A stretch of 64,000 nucleotides of DNA from Gammaproteobacteria bacterium. GTDB lineage: Bacteria; Pseudomonadota; Gammaproteobacteria; Eutrophobiales; Eutrophobiaceae. Each line of letters starts with the position of its first letter. Position 1 is the first letter of the stretch. The DNA is taken from assembly GCA_965116495.1 (NCBI GenBank), contig OZ220696.1:1312001-1376000 (forward strand), written 5' to 3'. A program made the translations under genes and the position numbers. Positions 55,944 through 64,000 of the stretch are shown here, piece by piece. The notes below the pieces were generated by a model, which saw only the letters and a list, made by a program, of their open reading frames with translations, was not told the DNA's origin and ran no database searches.

Positions 55944-58900
55944 ATGTCTGAAGTCGAACAACCTATCGCAATAGTGGGTATGGCGTGCCGCTTTCCCGGC
56001 GCCCCGGATATACCCTCCTTCTGGCGACTCCTTGAAGGCGGCAAAAACGCGGTAATCGAGGGTGAGCCGGGATCCGGCAAAGGACGCGTAGGACAATTGT
56101 TCCCGGATGCGGCAGTCCAGAGCGAGGCCTGCCGGTTCGGCGCCTACCTGGACGAGATCGATTTGTTTGACGCGGCGTTCTTCCATATTTCGCCGGTCGA
56201 GGCACAATTTCTTGATCCGCAGCAACGGCTGATGCTGGAGACAAGCTGGCGCGCGCTGGAGGATGCAGGCATGGACCCGGACCGGTTGAAGGGCAGCCGC
56301 ACCGGCGTGTACGCCGGAATAAGCAACAACGAATACCGGTCGATGATCCTGGACGCAAACAGGACTGCCGAACCCGCATCGAGCCTGTACACGGTGACCG
56401 GCACCTCGTTCAATACGGCTATCGGCAGGGTCGCCTACGCGCTGGGACTGGAGGGACCGGCGCTGGCGCTGGACACCGCCTGTTCGTCGTCACTGGTCGC
56501 CATTCACCAGGCCGTTTCCGGACTGCAGCGCGGCGAAGCGGACCTGGCGCTTGCCGGCGGTGTGCATACGATCCTGTCCGGGAGGCTGCTGGAACTGCGC
56601 GGCAATGCCGGCATGCTGGCGCCCGACGGCAGGTGCAAGACCTTCGATGCCGCCGCCAACGGTTATGTGCGCGGCGAAGGCTGCGGCATCGTGGCGCTCA
56701 AACGGCTGGATGACGCGGAAGCGGACGGCGACCGCATCTGGGCGATTATCCGGGGTTCCGCCATCAACCAGGATGGGGCCAGCCCGGGGCTGACGGTGCC
56801 GAGCGGGCCGGCGCAGGAGCGGGTCATCGAGGCGGCTTTGCAGACGGCCCGGGTGCCTCCCGAACAGGTTGACTACGTGGAATGCCACGGCACCGGCACG
56901 CCGGTGGGCGACCCGATCGAGGCGCAGGCCGTCGGGACGGCTTACGGCAATGGACGCAGCGCAGATAACCCGTTGCTGATCGGATCGGTGAAGACGAATT
57001 TCGGCCACCTGGAATCGGCGGCCGGGGTTGCCGCAGTGATTAAGGTCATCCTGGCGATGCAGCACGGCTTGATCCCGCGCCACCTGAATTTCCGCAATCC
57101 CAGTCCGGCGATCGACTGGGAAAGCCTGCCGTTAAGAGTGACGTCGGAACCGACGCCCTGGCCGGTCCGTGCGGACCGTAAGGCGCTGGCAGGCATAAGC
57201 GGGTTCGGCTGGTCGGGCACCAACGCACACCTCATCGTAGAAAATTACAGGACTCTGGATGCCGGCCCGGCCGGTCCTGACGAAAGCCGCTGGGCCATGG
57301 GGTCGGCGCAGCGGATTGACGCCACCCTGCCGGAACCTGTTGCCGGGGGATCAGACACCCCGGAAGGCATCACCACGCGCAGGATTCGTTTTCTACCGCT
57401 GTCGGGCAGGTCGGACAAGGCGCTGCGGGAACTGGCGCGGGACCACCTGGAATGGCTCGGCAGGCGCGCCGGGATATCTTCCTCCCGGGACACCGATGAA
57501 GCACTGCTGTCAGACCTGGCCTGGACGGCCGGGGTGGGCCGCAGCCATTTCAGTCACCGGGCAGGCGTGGTGTTTCAAGATCTCCCGTCGTTGCGGGAAA
57601 ACCTTGCCGCGCTTGCTGAAACGGGCGCGGGAGCAGGTCCTGAGCCGGGACGGCAGACGGGCAAACTGGTTTTTGCTTTCACCGGGCAGGCCAGCCAGTG
57701 GCCCGGCATGGGCGCAACACTGTATGAGCAGGAACCGGCGGCGCGGGCGGTGCTGGACCGTTGTGACGGCATCCTGCAGGATGCGCGGGGCGCTTCCCTG
57801 CTGGACATCATGTTCGGCCGCAACGGCGCGGAACAGGAACTCGACAACCCGGCATGGACCCAGCCGGCTATCTATGCGCTGGAATGCGCCCTGAGCACAG
57901 TGTGGTCGAACCTGGGCATCCGGCCCGATGTGATAGTCGGCCACAGTCTCGGCGAGATCGCCGCGGCGCAGGCAGCCGGCGTGTTCGACCTGGAGCAGGG
58001 CTTGCTGTTCGCGGCGCAACGAGGAGCGCTGATGGGGGCGTTGCCAGGCGAAGGCGCCATGGCCGCGGTGTTCGCGCCGGCGCCCCGAGTGGCGACTATG
58101 GTGGAAGAATACACCTCGACTGCGCCCGGTGCCGTTGTGAACATTGCCGCGGATAACGGCGCGCACCAGGCCATAAGCGGTTCCAGGACTGACGTCGAGG
58201 CCGTGCTTGAACGTTTTGAAGCTGAGGGGATCCGGGTCGCGCGGCTGCGCGCCAGTCCCGCGTACCACAGCGCACTGGTGGACCCCGCGCTGGACGACCT
58301 GGAGGCGGCGTGTGCCGGAATGACGTTCGAAGTTCCGAAAGTCCCCCTGGTAAGCAGCATGACCGGCCGGCCGCTTGAGCCCGGCGCAACCTTCGACGGC
58401 GCATACTGGCGCCGGCAGGCGCGTGAACCGGTCGCGTTCCGCGCTGCCGTCGAGACGCTCGCACACCTGGGTGTGGGGGCACTGATTGAAATCGGCCCCA
58501 ATGCAGTACTCGGTCCGATGGCCGAACTGGCCTGGCCGGGGCCTGACTCCGGCACTAACAAGGCCGGGGACGGCGCCCTCCCCTCACCCCTGGCTATAAC
58601 GAGCCTGTTACGCCCTTCATCCAAAGTATCCCGTACGGAGTCCGACCAGGCTTTTACCGCCGCCGTAGCAAAAGCATACGAGGCTGGCCTGCCGGTGTCG
58701 CTGGCTGGGCTTTTCGCCGGAGAGGCACGGCGCCGCATCTCGGTACCGGGTTACCCGTTCCAGCGCGAACGCTTCTGGATCGAGGCTTTGAGGCGGCGGC
58801 AGCGGGACACAGGACACCCGTTGCTGGGAGAACGGCACGAATCGGCAAGCGGCGAGATCTCGTTTGAGACCGAGTTGTTCCCGTCGGATCCGGCCTGGCT

Positions 58901-61900
58901 GAACGACCACCGGGTGTTCGAACGGCTGGTGGCGCCGGGTGCGCTGTACGGGGCGATGGCCGTAACGGCTGCGCCAGAAAGTAGCGGAACCCTGGTTGTC
59001 GAAGACATGCAGTTTCATAATCCGATGATCTTTCCGGAACAGGATAGCGGTGATGAGGACGGTGAACAGGGACGCAAGGTACAGGTCCTGCTGAACCGGT
59101 CCGGGGAAGGAACAACGCACAGGGTCCAGGTACTCAGCAAGGGGGGAGACAGGGAGGAATGGACCCTGCACGCGGAGGGCAGTATCCCATCCGCTGCACA
59201 GGACAGGCAACGCACCGGGAAGGCGGACCTTGAAGGCCTGAAAAAGGGGCTCTCCCCGGTTGACGTGCCTGCCTTTTACCAGGCCAAGGCGGGAGTCGGG
59301 ATCGATCTCGGCCCGTCATTCCGCACGCTGGAGAATGTCTGGTCGCGGCAGGGTGAGGCATTGGGCGAAGTAGCGTTGCCCGGGAACCTGGAGCAGTCCG
59401 GTCCGGACGTACATCCGCTCCTGCTCGACGGCTGCTTCCAGGTACTGGCGGCAGCGCGTAATCCGGGCAGCGCCGATGACGGCATTACCTACCTGCCATT
59501 CGGGTGGGAACGGTTATGGCTGGCGCAGCAGTTACCCGAGCGCGTATTCTGCCATGTACGCACGAAGGATAATCCTGCCGGCGCAAACGACGAGCCCCGG
59601 GAAACCCTGGGCGGAGACCTGCATATCTATGCCCCGGACGGACTCCTGCTCGGTGAATTTAACGGCTATACGGTTAAACGGGCAACGCGGGCCGCGCTGC
59701 TTGCGGCAGTGGAAGGATTGAACGAACTCCTGTACGAGATTACCTGGCGCGACCGCGCCCTCGCTCCCGGCATATTGCCCGCCGATTTCCTGCCCGAACC
59801 CGCCACCGTTGCGGCAGGCTCCGGACCGTTCACGCACTACCTGGAGGCAGAAAGCGTCGGCGCCGAAGACCGGGTAGCCCTGCTGGCGGACCTGGAGGTG
59901 CTGGCGCGCGGTTTCGCCCTTGCTACCCTGGATAAGCTGGGCTGGCAGCGCATTGCCGGCGCGCGCGTGGAACCGGAAGCCTTGCGCCGGCAGCTGCAGG
60001 TCCGGGAAGAACACCGCAAACTGTTCCGGCGTATGCTCGAGTTGCTGGCCGGCGCGGGAGTTTTGCGCGCTGACGGAGACGGGTTCAGCGTCGCAGTCGG
60101 GTCGGGAGCGCCGTTACCGGCTGACCTGCCGGGTGATCCCGACGAGTTCGCCGCCGGTATGGCTGGGCGCTACGCGCACGGCGTTAACGAGACCGGGCTG
60201 TTCCGGCGCAGCGGCGGCGCCCTGGCGAACGTACTGCTGGGACGTGAAGACCCGCTGACCCTGCTGTTCAGCAGCGGCGAGCCGACCGCCGCCGACCTGT
60301 ACCTGAAGGCGCCGGTAGCGCGCGCCGCGAACCGGATGCTCGGGGATACGATCACAGCGCTACTGGGGGGAATGCCCGACGGGCGCCGCCTGCGGGTGCT
60401 GGAAGTCGGGGCGGGCACGGGCTCGGCGACGGCATCCGTGCTGCCGGAACTGCCGTCCGGAAGGTTCGACTACACCTATACGGATATCTCCGCGGGCTTT
60501 TTCTCGGAGGCTGAAGGCCGTTTCGGGGGACCCGAGGCGGGGATCGATTACCGCGTGCTGGATGTCGAAAAAGATCCCCTGGCGCAGGGCTTTGATGCGC
60601 ACGGTTATGACCTGGTGATCGCCTCCAATGTGCTGCACGCCACGCGCTACCTGAACGAGACCCTGGCCCACTGCCTGGACGTGCTCGCCCCGTCCGGTTA
60701 CCTGGTGGCGCTGGAAAACCTGCGCGGCCAGGGCTGGCTGGACCTGACCTTCGGGCAACTGGATGGCTGGTGGCGTTTTGCCGACGACTACCGGCCGCAC
60801 CATGCCCTGGCAAGCCCTGAAGTCTGGCGCCAGGCGCTGGGAGATGCCGGTTTTACCGCAACGGAGATCCTGGGCGTTGACACCTCCGCGGCGGCCGGCA
60901 AGCCGGACCGGGGCGTGATCGTCGCGCAAGGACCGCCCCGGGTAACCGAGACACGTGGTTTATGGGTCCTGGCCGGGGACCACGGGGGAACAGTCAATGA
61001 GTTGGCTGCCGGATTGTCGGCCCGCAACCAGGCCGTCATGCTGGCGGCGGCTGATGAACAACCCGGCGCCAAGCCGGGACAGGAACAGGCCGGTGTTATT
61101 CCGGTTTCCCTGGATATGACGGCGCGCGGGGCGTGGCAGGCGCTGTTCCGGGAGTTGCCGCAGGACGTGCCGCTCAACGGCATCATCCACCTGGCCGCGC
61201 TGGACGGTCGCGGCGCGCAGGCGTCTACCGGGGAGATGGCGGCTGACGTACGGCGCGCGACGGAAAGCGCATTGGCGCTGGTACAGGGCTGCACGGATGC
61301 CGACGTGACGCCGGCCAACGGCCTGTGGTTCGTTACCAGGGGCGGGCAGGTGCTGGAGAAGGAACGTTCAGGGGAACTCGCCGGCGCCACGCTGTGGGGT
61401 TTCGGCAAGGTCGTGGCCCGGGAGGCCGCCCACCTGCAGCCGCGCATGATCGACCTCGACCCCGATACGGCTGCGCTGCCGGCCGGACTGACAGAGGAAC
61501 TGCTCTACCCTGATGCAGAGACCCATATCGCCTACCGCAGGGGGGTGCGCCAGGCGGCACGGCTGGTGCGCTCCGGTAGCGGTGTGGAACGCCTGTCCCT
61601 GCCGGCAGGGCCGGACTGGATTCTTGAGCCGGACCCGGCCGGTGCGCTGGAACGGCTGGACACCAGGCCGACGGCGCGGCAGGCGCTGGAACCGCTGGAA
61701 GTGCGCGTCGCTATCGAGGCCACCGGACTCAACTTCTGGGACGTGTTCCGTTCCATCGGCTTTATCCCGGAAGGACTGCTGGGCGGAGAAATGTGCGGCC
61801 ATGTCATCGAGGCGGGTTCCGGGGTAACGAATGTCGCGATCGGCGACCGGGTGGCCGGACTCGGGTTCGGCACCTTCGCACCGGAAGTCGTCACGCGGGC

Positions 61901-64000
61901 GGAGATGGTGGCGCCTGCCCCGCCGGGTATGTCCGTCTCGGCCCTGGCCACCCTGCCCACCGTATTTGTTTCCGCGGCGCTGTCATACGAACTGGCCGGT
62001 CTCAAGGCCGGGGACCGGGTGTTGATCCATGCCGGCGCGGGCGGCGTCGGTCTGGCCGCGATTCAACTGGCCCATGTGGCCGGCGCGGAAGTGTTCACCA
62101 CTGCCAGTGAACCGAAACAGTCATACCTGCGCGTGCTGGGCGTGAAACACGTATTCGACAGCCGCAGCACGGCGTTCGGACAGGATATTCTGGAAGCTAC
62201 GGATGGCGCGGGCGTGGACGTGGTCGTAAACAGTCTCACCGGGGAAGGGTTCATCGAGGCCAGCCTGTCCTGTCTGAAACAGGGCGGCCGCTTCGTGGAA
62301 CTGGCCAGGCGGGATATCCTGAGCGAGGAGGAGATGGCGGCATTGCGACCCGACGTGGCTTACTTCATCCTGGAACTGGACGTCGAGAAAGAACATAACC
62401 CGGCCTGGCCCGGGGCTGCCCTGAACAAGATCATGGGACAACTGGCGGCCGGCGAAGTGACACCGCTCATTCACAGCAGGTGGCCGCTGGCCGAAGCGGG
62501 GAGTGCCATGCGCTTCATGCGTTCCGCCCGGCACCTGGGAAAGATCGTATTCATGAATCCGCCCCTCATGCACGGCCCGTTACGGCCGGACCGGACCTAC
62601 CTGGTGACCGGCGGACTCGGCGGCATCGGCTGTCTCATTGCAGAGTGGCTTGCAGACCGCGACGCCGGCGCAATCGTACTGAACGGACGGCGTGAGCCGG
62701 ATCCTGCCGCGCAGGAGACTATAGACAGGCTGATACAGCGCGGCGCGACTGTGCGGGTGGAACTGGCGGACGTGACGGACGCCGGCGCGCTGGACCGCAT
62801 GCTGGCGCGCATCGACCGGGAAATGCCGCCGCTGGGAGGCGTCATACACAGCGTGGGCGTGCTGTCCGACGGCGCGCTCGGCAACCAGACCCCGGAGAAA
62901 TTCGAGCAGGTCCTGGGGCCGAAAGTGCTGGGCGCCTGGCACTTGCACCGGGCAACCGCACCGCGCGACCTGGACCTGTTCGTGCTGTTCTCCAGCGTGG
63001 CCGGAGTGATGGGCAATCCCGGGCAGTCCAACCATGCCGCGGCCAACGCGTTCCTCGATCAACTCGCCGCGCACCGGCGCGCCCTGGGCCTGCCGGGACA
63101 GGCCATAGCCTGGGGGGCCTGGTCGGGGCTTGGCGAAGCCGAGGAACAGCGGGAACGCATTGCCCGGCAACTGGAGGCATCCGGCAGCGGCTGGATCGAC
63201 CCGCAGCAGGGAATCAGGGCATTCGACCGGCTGGTAAGCCGGGATATCGCGAGCGCAACGGTAGTTGCCCTGGACTGGCAGGTCTTCAGGGATGCCGTCG
63301 ATAACCATCCGCCGCTGCTGGAAGAACTGCTTTCCGCCACCCGTGACGCCGGGTCCGATGCCGCGGACGAACCGGAAGACCTGCTGTCCGGACTTCGGAG
63401 CGCGGCTGTTGGCGAACGCGTAAAACTGCTGACTTCATTCCTGCAACGGGAGGTGCAGGCAGTGTTGAGATTGCCTGGCGCGCCCGAACCCGCGCTGGGC
63501 TTTTTCGACCTGGGAATGGATTCGCTGATGGCGGTGGAACTGCGCAGCCGGCTGAACCGGGCATTTGCGGGCGAGTATACGGCCCCCAATACCGTGGTGT
63601 TCGACTACCCCGATATCACCACCCTCGCCTCGCACCTGGCCGGGGAACTCGGCGAGGGAGGCAGCGAACCCGCCGCCCCGGCGCAGCCCGAAGCGCAAGC
63701 CCAACCTGCAGGAGAGAGTGGAGACAACGGCATTGCGATCATCGGCATGGCATGTCGCTTCCCCGGTGCGCCGGACCTCGAGGCATTCTGGCGCCTGCTC
63801 AACAGCGGCGGCGATGCCGTAACGGATCGCCGCCCGGTTTCGGAATCCCTGGACGACGCATACGGAAATCCTTCCGGCAGCGATGCCGCTCCCCAGTACG
63901 GCGGTTTTATCGAGGGTATCGACCTTTTCGACTCGCGTTTCTTCGGCATCTCCCCGATCGCCGCACGCATCATGGACCCGCAACAGAGGCTCCTGCTGGA
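55944..64000 (+). CDS. Type I PKS/FAS KS-AT-DH-cMT-ER-KR-ACP-KS..., 3'-partial, SupA-like; not in ORF track
   Basis: One frame: PIAIVGMACRFPG, DTACSSS (56472), HGTGT, GHLE, GHSLG (57939), PAYHS, HPLLG/DHRVF..APG, LEVGAGTG, LIHAGAGGVG, TGGLGGIG, GQSNHAAAN, LGMDSL (~63510), second IAIIGMACRFPG (~63730). Confidence 0.93.
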   Translation, partial: MSEVEQPIAIVGMACRFPGAPDIPSFWRLLEGGKNAVIEGEPGSGKGRVGQLFPDAAVQSEACRFGAYLDEIDLFDAAFFHISPVEAQFLDPQQRLMLETSWRALEDAGMDPDRLKGSRTGVYAGISNNEYRSMILDANRTAEPASSLYTVTGTSFNTAIGRVAYALGLEGPALALDTACSSSLVAIHQAVSGLQRGEADLALAGGVHTILSGRLLELRGNAGMLAPDGRCKTFDAAANGYVRGEGCGIVALKRLDDAEADGDRIWAIIRGSAINQDGASPGLTVPSGPAQERVIEAALQTARVPPEQVDYVECHGTGTPVGDPIEAQAVGTAYGNGRSADNPLLIGSVKTNFGHLESAAGVAAVIKVILAMQHGLIPRHLNFRNPSPAIDWESLPLRVTSEPTPWPVRADRKALAGISGFGWSGTNAHLIVENYRTLDAGPAGPDESRWAMGSAQRIDATLPEPVAGGSDTPEGITTRRIRFLPLSGRSDKALRELARDHLEWLGRRAGISSSRDTDEALLSDLAWTAGVGRSHFSHRAGVVFQDLPSLRENLAALAETGAGAGPEPGRQTGKLVFAFTGQASQWPGMGATLYEQEPAARAVLDRCDGILQDARGASLLDIMFGRNGAEQELDNPAWTQPAIYALECALSTVWSNLGIRPDVIVGHSLGEIAAAQAAGVFDLEQGLLFAAQRGALMGALPGEGAMAAVFAPAPRVATMVEEYTSTAPGAVVNIAADNGAHQAISGSRTDVEAVLERFEAEGIRVARLRASPAYHSALVDPALDDLEAACAGMTFEVPKVPLVSSMTGRPLEPGATFDGAYWRRQAREPVAFRAAVETLAHLGVGALIEIGPNAVLGPMAELAWPGPDSGTNKAGDGALPSPLAITSLLRPSSKVSRTESDQAFTAAVAKAYEAGLPVSLAGLFAGEARRRISVPGYPFQRERFWIEALRRRQRDTGHPLLGERHESASGEISFETELFPSDPAWLNDHRVFERLVAPGALYGAMAVTAAPESSGTLVVEDMQFHNPMIFPEQDSGDEDGEQGRKVQVLLNRSGEGTTHRVQVLSKGGDREEWTLHAEGSIPSAAQDRQRTGKADLEGLKKGLSPVDVPAFYQAKAGVGIDLGPSFRTLENVWSRQGEALGEVALPGNLEQSGPDVHPLLLDGCFQVLAAARNPGSADDGITYLPFGWERLWLAQQLPERVFCHVRTKDNPAGANDEPRETLGGDLHIYAPDGLLLGEFNGYTVKRATRAALLAAVEGLNELLYEITWRDRALAPGILPADFLPEPATVAAGSGPFTHYLEAESVGAEDRVALLADLEVLARGFALATLDKLGWQRIAGARVEPEALRRQLQVREEHRKLFRRMLELLAGAGVLRADGDGFSVAVGSGAPLPADLPGDPDEFAAGMAGRYAHGVNETGLFRRSGGALANVLLGREDPLTLLFSSGEPTAADLYLKAPVARAANRMLGDTITALLGGMPDGRRLRVLEVGAGTGSATASVLPELPSGRFDYTYTDISAGFFSEAEGRFGGPEAGIDYRVLDVEKDPLAQGFDAHGYDLVIASNVLHATRYLNETLAHCLDVLAPSGYLVALENLRGQGWLDLTFGQLDGWWRFADDYRPHHALASPEVWRQALGDAGFTATEILGVDTSAAAGKPDRGVIVAQGPPRVTETRGLWVLAGDHGGTVNELAAGLSARNQAVMLAAADEQPGAKPGQEQAGVIPVSLDMTARGAWQALFRELPQDVPLNGIIHLAALDGRGAQASTGEMAADVRRATESALALVQGCTDADVTPANGLWFVTRGGQVLEKERSGELAGATLWGFGKVVAREAAHLQPRMIDLDPDTAALPAGLTEELLYPDAETHIAYRRGVRQAARLVRSGSGVERLSLPAGPDWILEPDPAGALERLDTRPTARQALEPLEVRVAIEATGLNFWDVFRSIGFIPEGLLGGEMCGHVIEAGSGVTNVAIGDRVAGLGFGTFAPEVVTRAEMVAPAPPGMSVSALATLPTVFVSAALSYELAGLKAGDRVLIHAGAGGVGLAAIQLAHVAGAEVFTTASEPKQSYLRVLGVKHVFDSRSTAFGQDILEATDGAGVDVVVNSLTGEGFIEASLSCLKQGGRFVELARRDILSEEEMAALRPDVAYFILELDVEKEHNPAWPGAALNKIMGQLAAGEVTPLIHSRWPLAEAGSAMRFMRSARHLGKIVFMNPPLMHGPLRPDRTYLVTGGLGGIGCLIAEWLADRDAGAIVLNGRREPDPAAQETIDRLIQRGATVRVELADVTDAGALDRMLARIDREMPPLGGVIHSVGVLSDGALGNQTPEKFEQVLGPKVLGAWHLHRATAPRDLDLFVLFSSVAGVMGNPGQSNHAAANAFLDQLAAHRRALGLPGQAIAWGAWSGLGEAEEQRERIARQLEASGSGWIDPQQGIRAFDRLVSRDIASATVVALDWQVFRDAVDNHPPLLEELLSATRDAGSDAADEPEDLLSGLRSAAVGERVKLLTSFLQREVQAVLRLPGAPEPALGFFDLGMDSLMAVELRSRLNRAFAGEYTAPNTVVFDYPDITTLASHLAGELGEGGSEPAAPAQPEAQAQPAGESGDNGIAIIGMACRFPGAPDLEAFWRLLNSGGDAVTDRRPVSESLDDAYGNPSGSDAAPQYGGFIEGIDLFDSRFFGISPIAARIMDPQQRLLL

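Overview
A 64 kb chromosomal window, most likely from a gammaproteobacterium. The SupA-type PKS and the catabolic gene content suggest a marine or sponge-associated organism (inference). From left to right it contains: (1) the 3' part of metH, whose stop codon was hit by a TA-duplicating MITE and then by an IS1182 element; (2) a CoxM/CoxS/CoxG-CoxL molybdo-hydroxylase operon ending in an LLM (probably F420-type) reductase; (3) a secreted HTHP heme protein, a MopB oxidoreductase with tpm, a sulfatase/SSS operon and a vapBC pair; (4) a two-operon catabolic regulon around a MalT-like regulator (hydantoinase, DUF917, TBDR, racemase; TBDR, DUF819, dipeptidase) with a shared operator-promoter cassette; (5) bkdR-bkdA1A2B, gloB, a fused IorAB with a cyclase, cofC and npdG; (6) tRNA-Gln(CTG) carrying a ~10 kb integrase-less island packed with toxin-antitoxin modules, a 916-bp duplication, an IS21-type MITE and a twice-repeated 58-bp palindrome; (7) a peroxiredoxin, then ACP, alpha/beta-hydrolase and a type I PKS (KS-AT-DH-cMT-ER-KR-ACP-KS...) that runs off the window and is absent from the ORF track. 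At least five families of small palindromic repeats are present, several translated in frame inside proteins. All family calls come from motif recognition by eye; no database searches were run.
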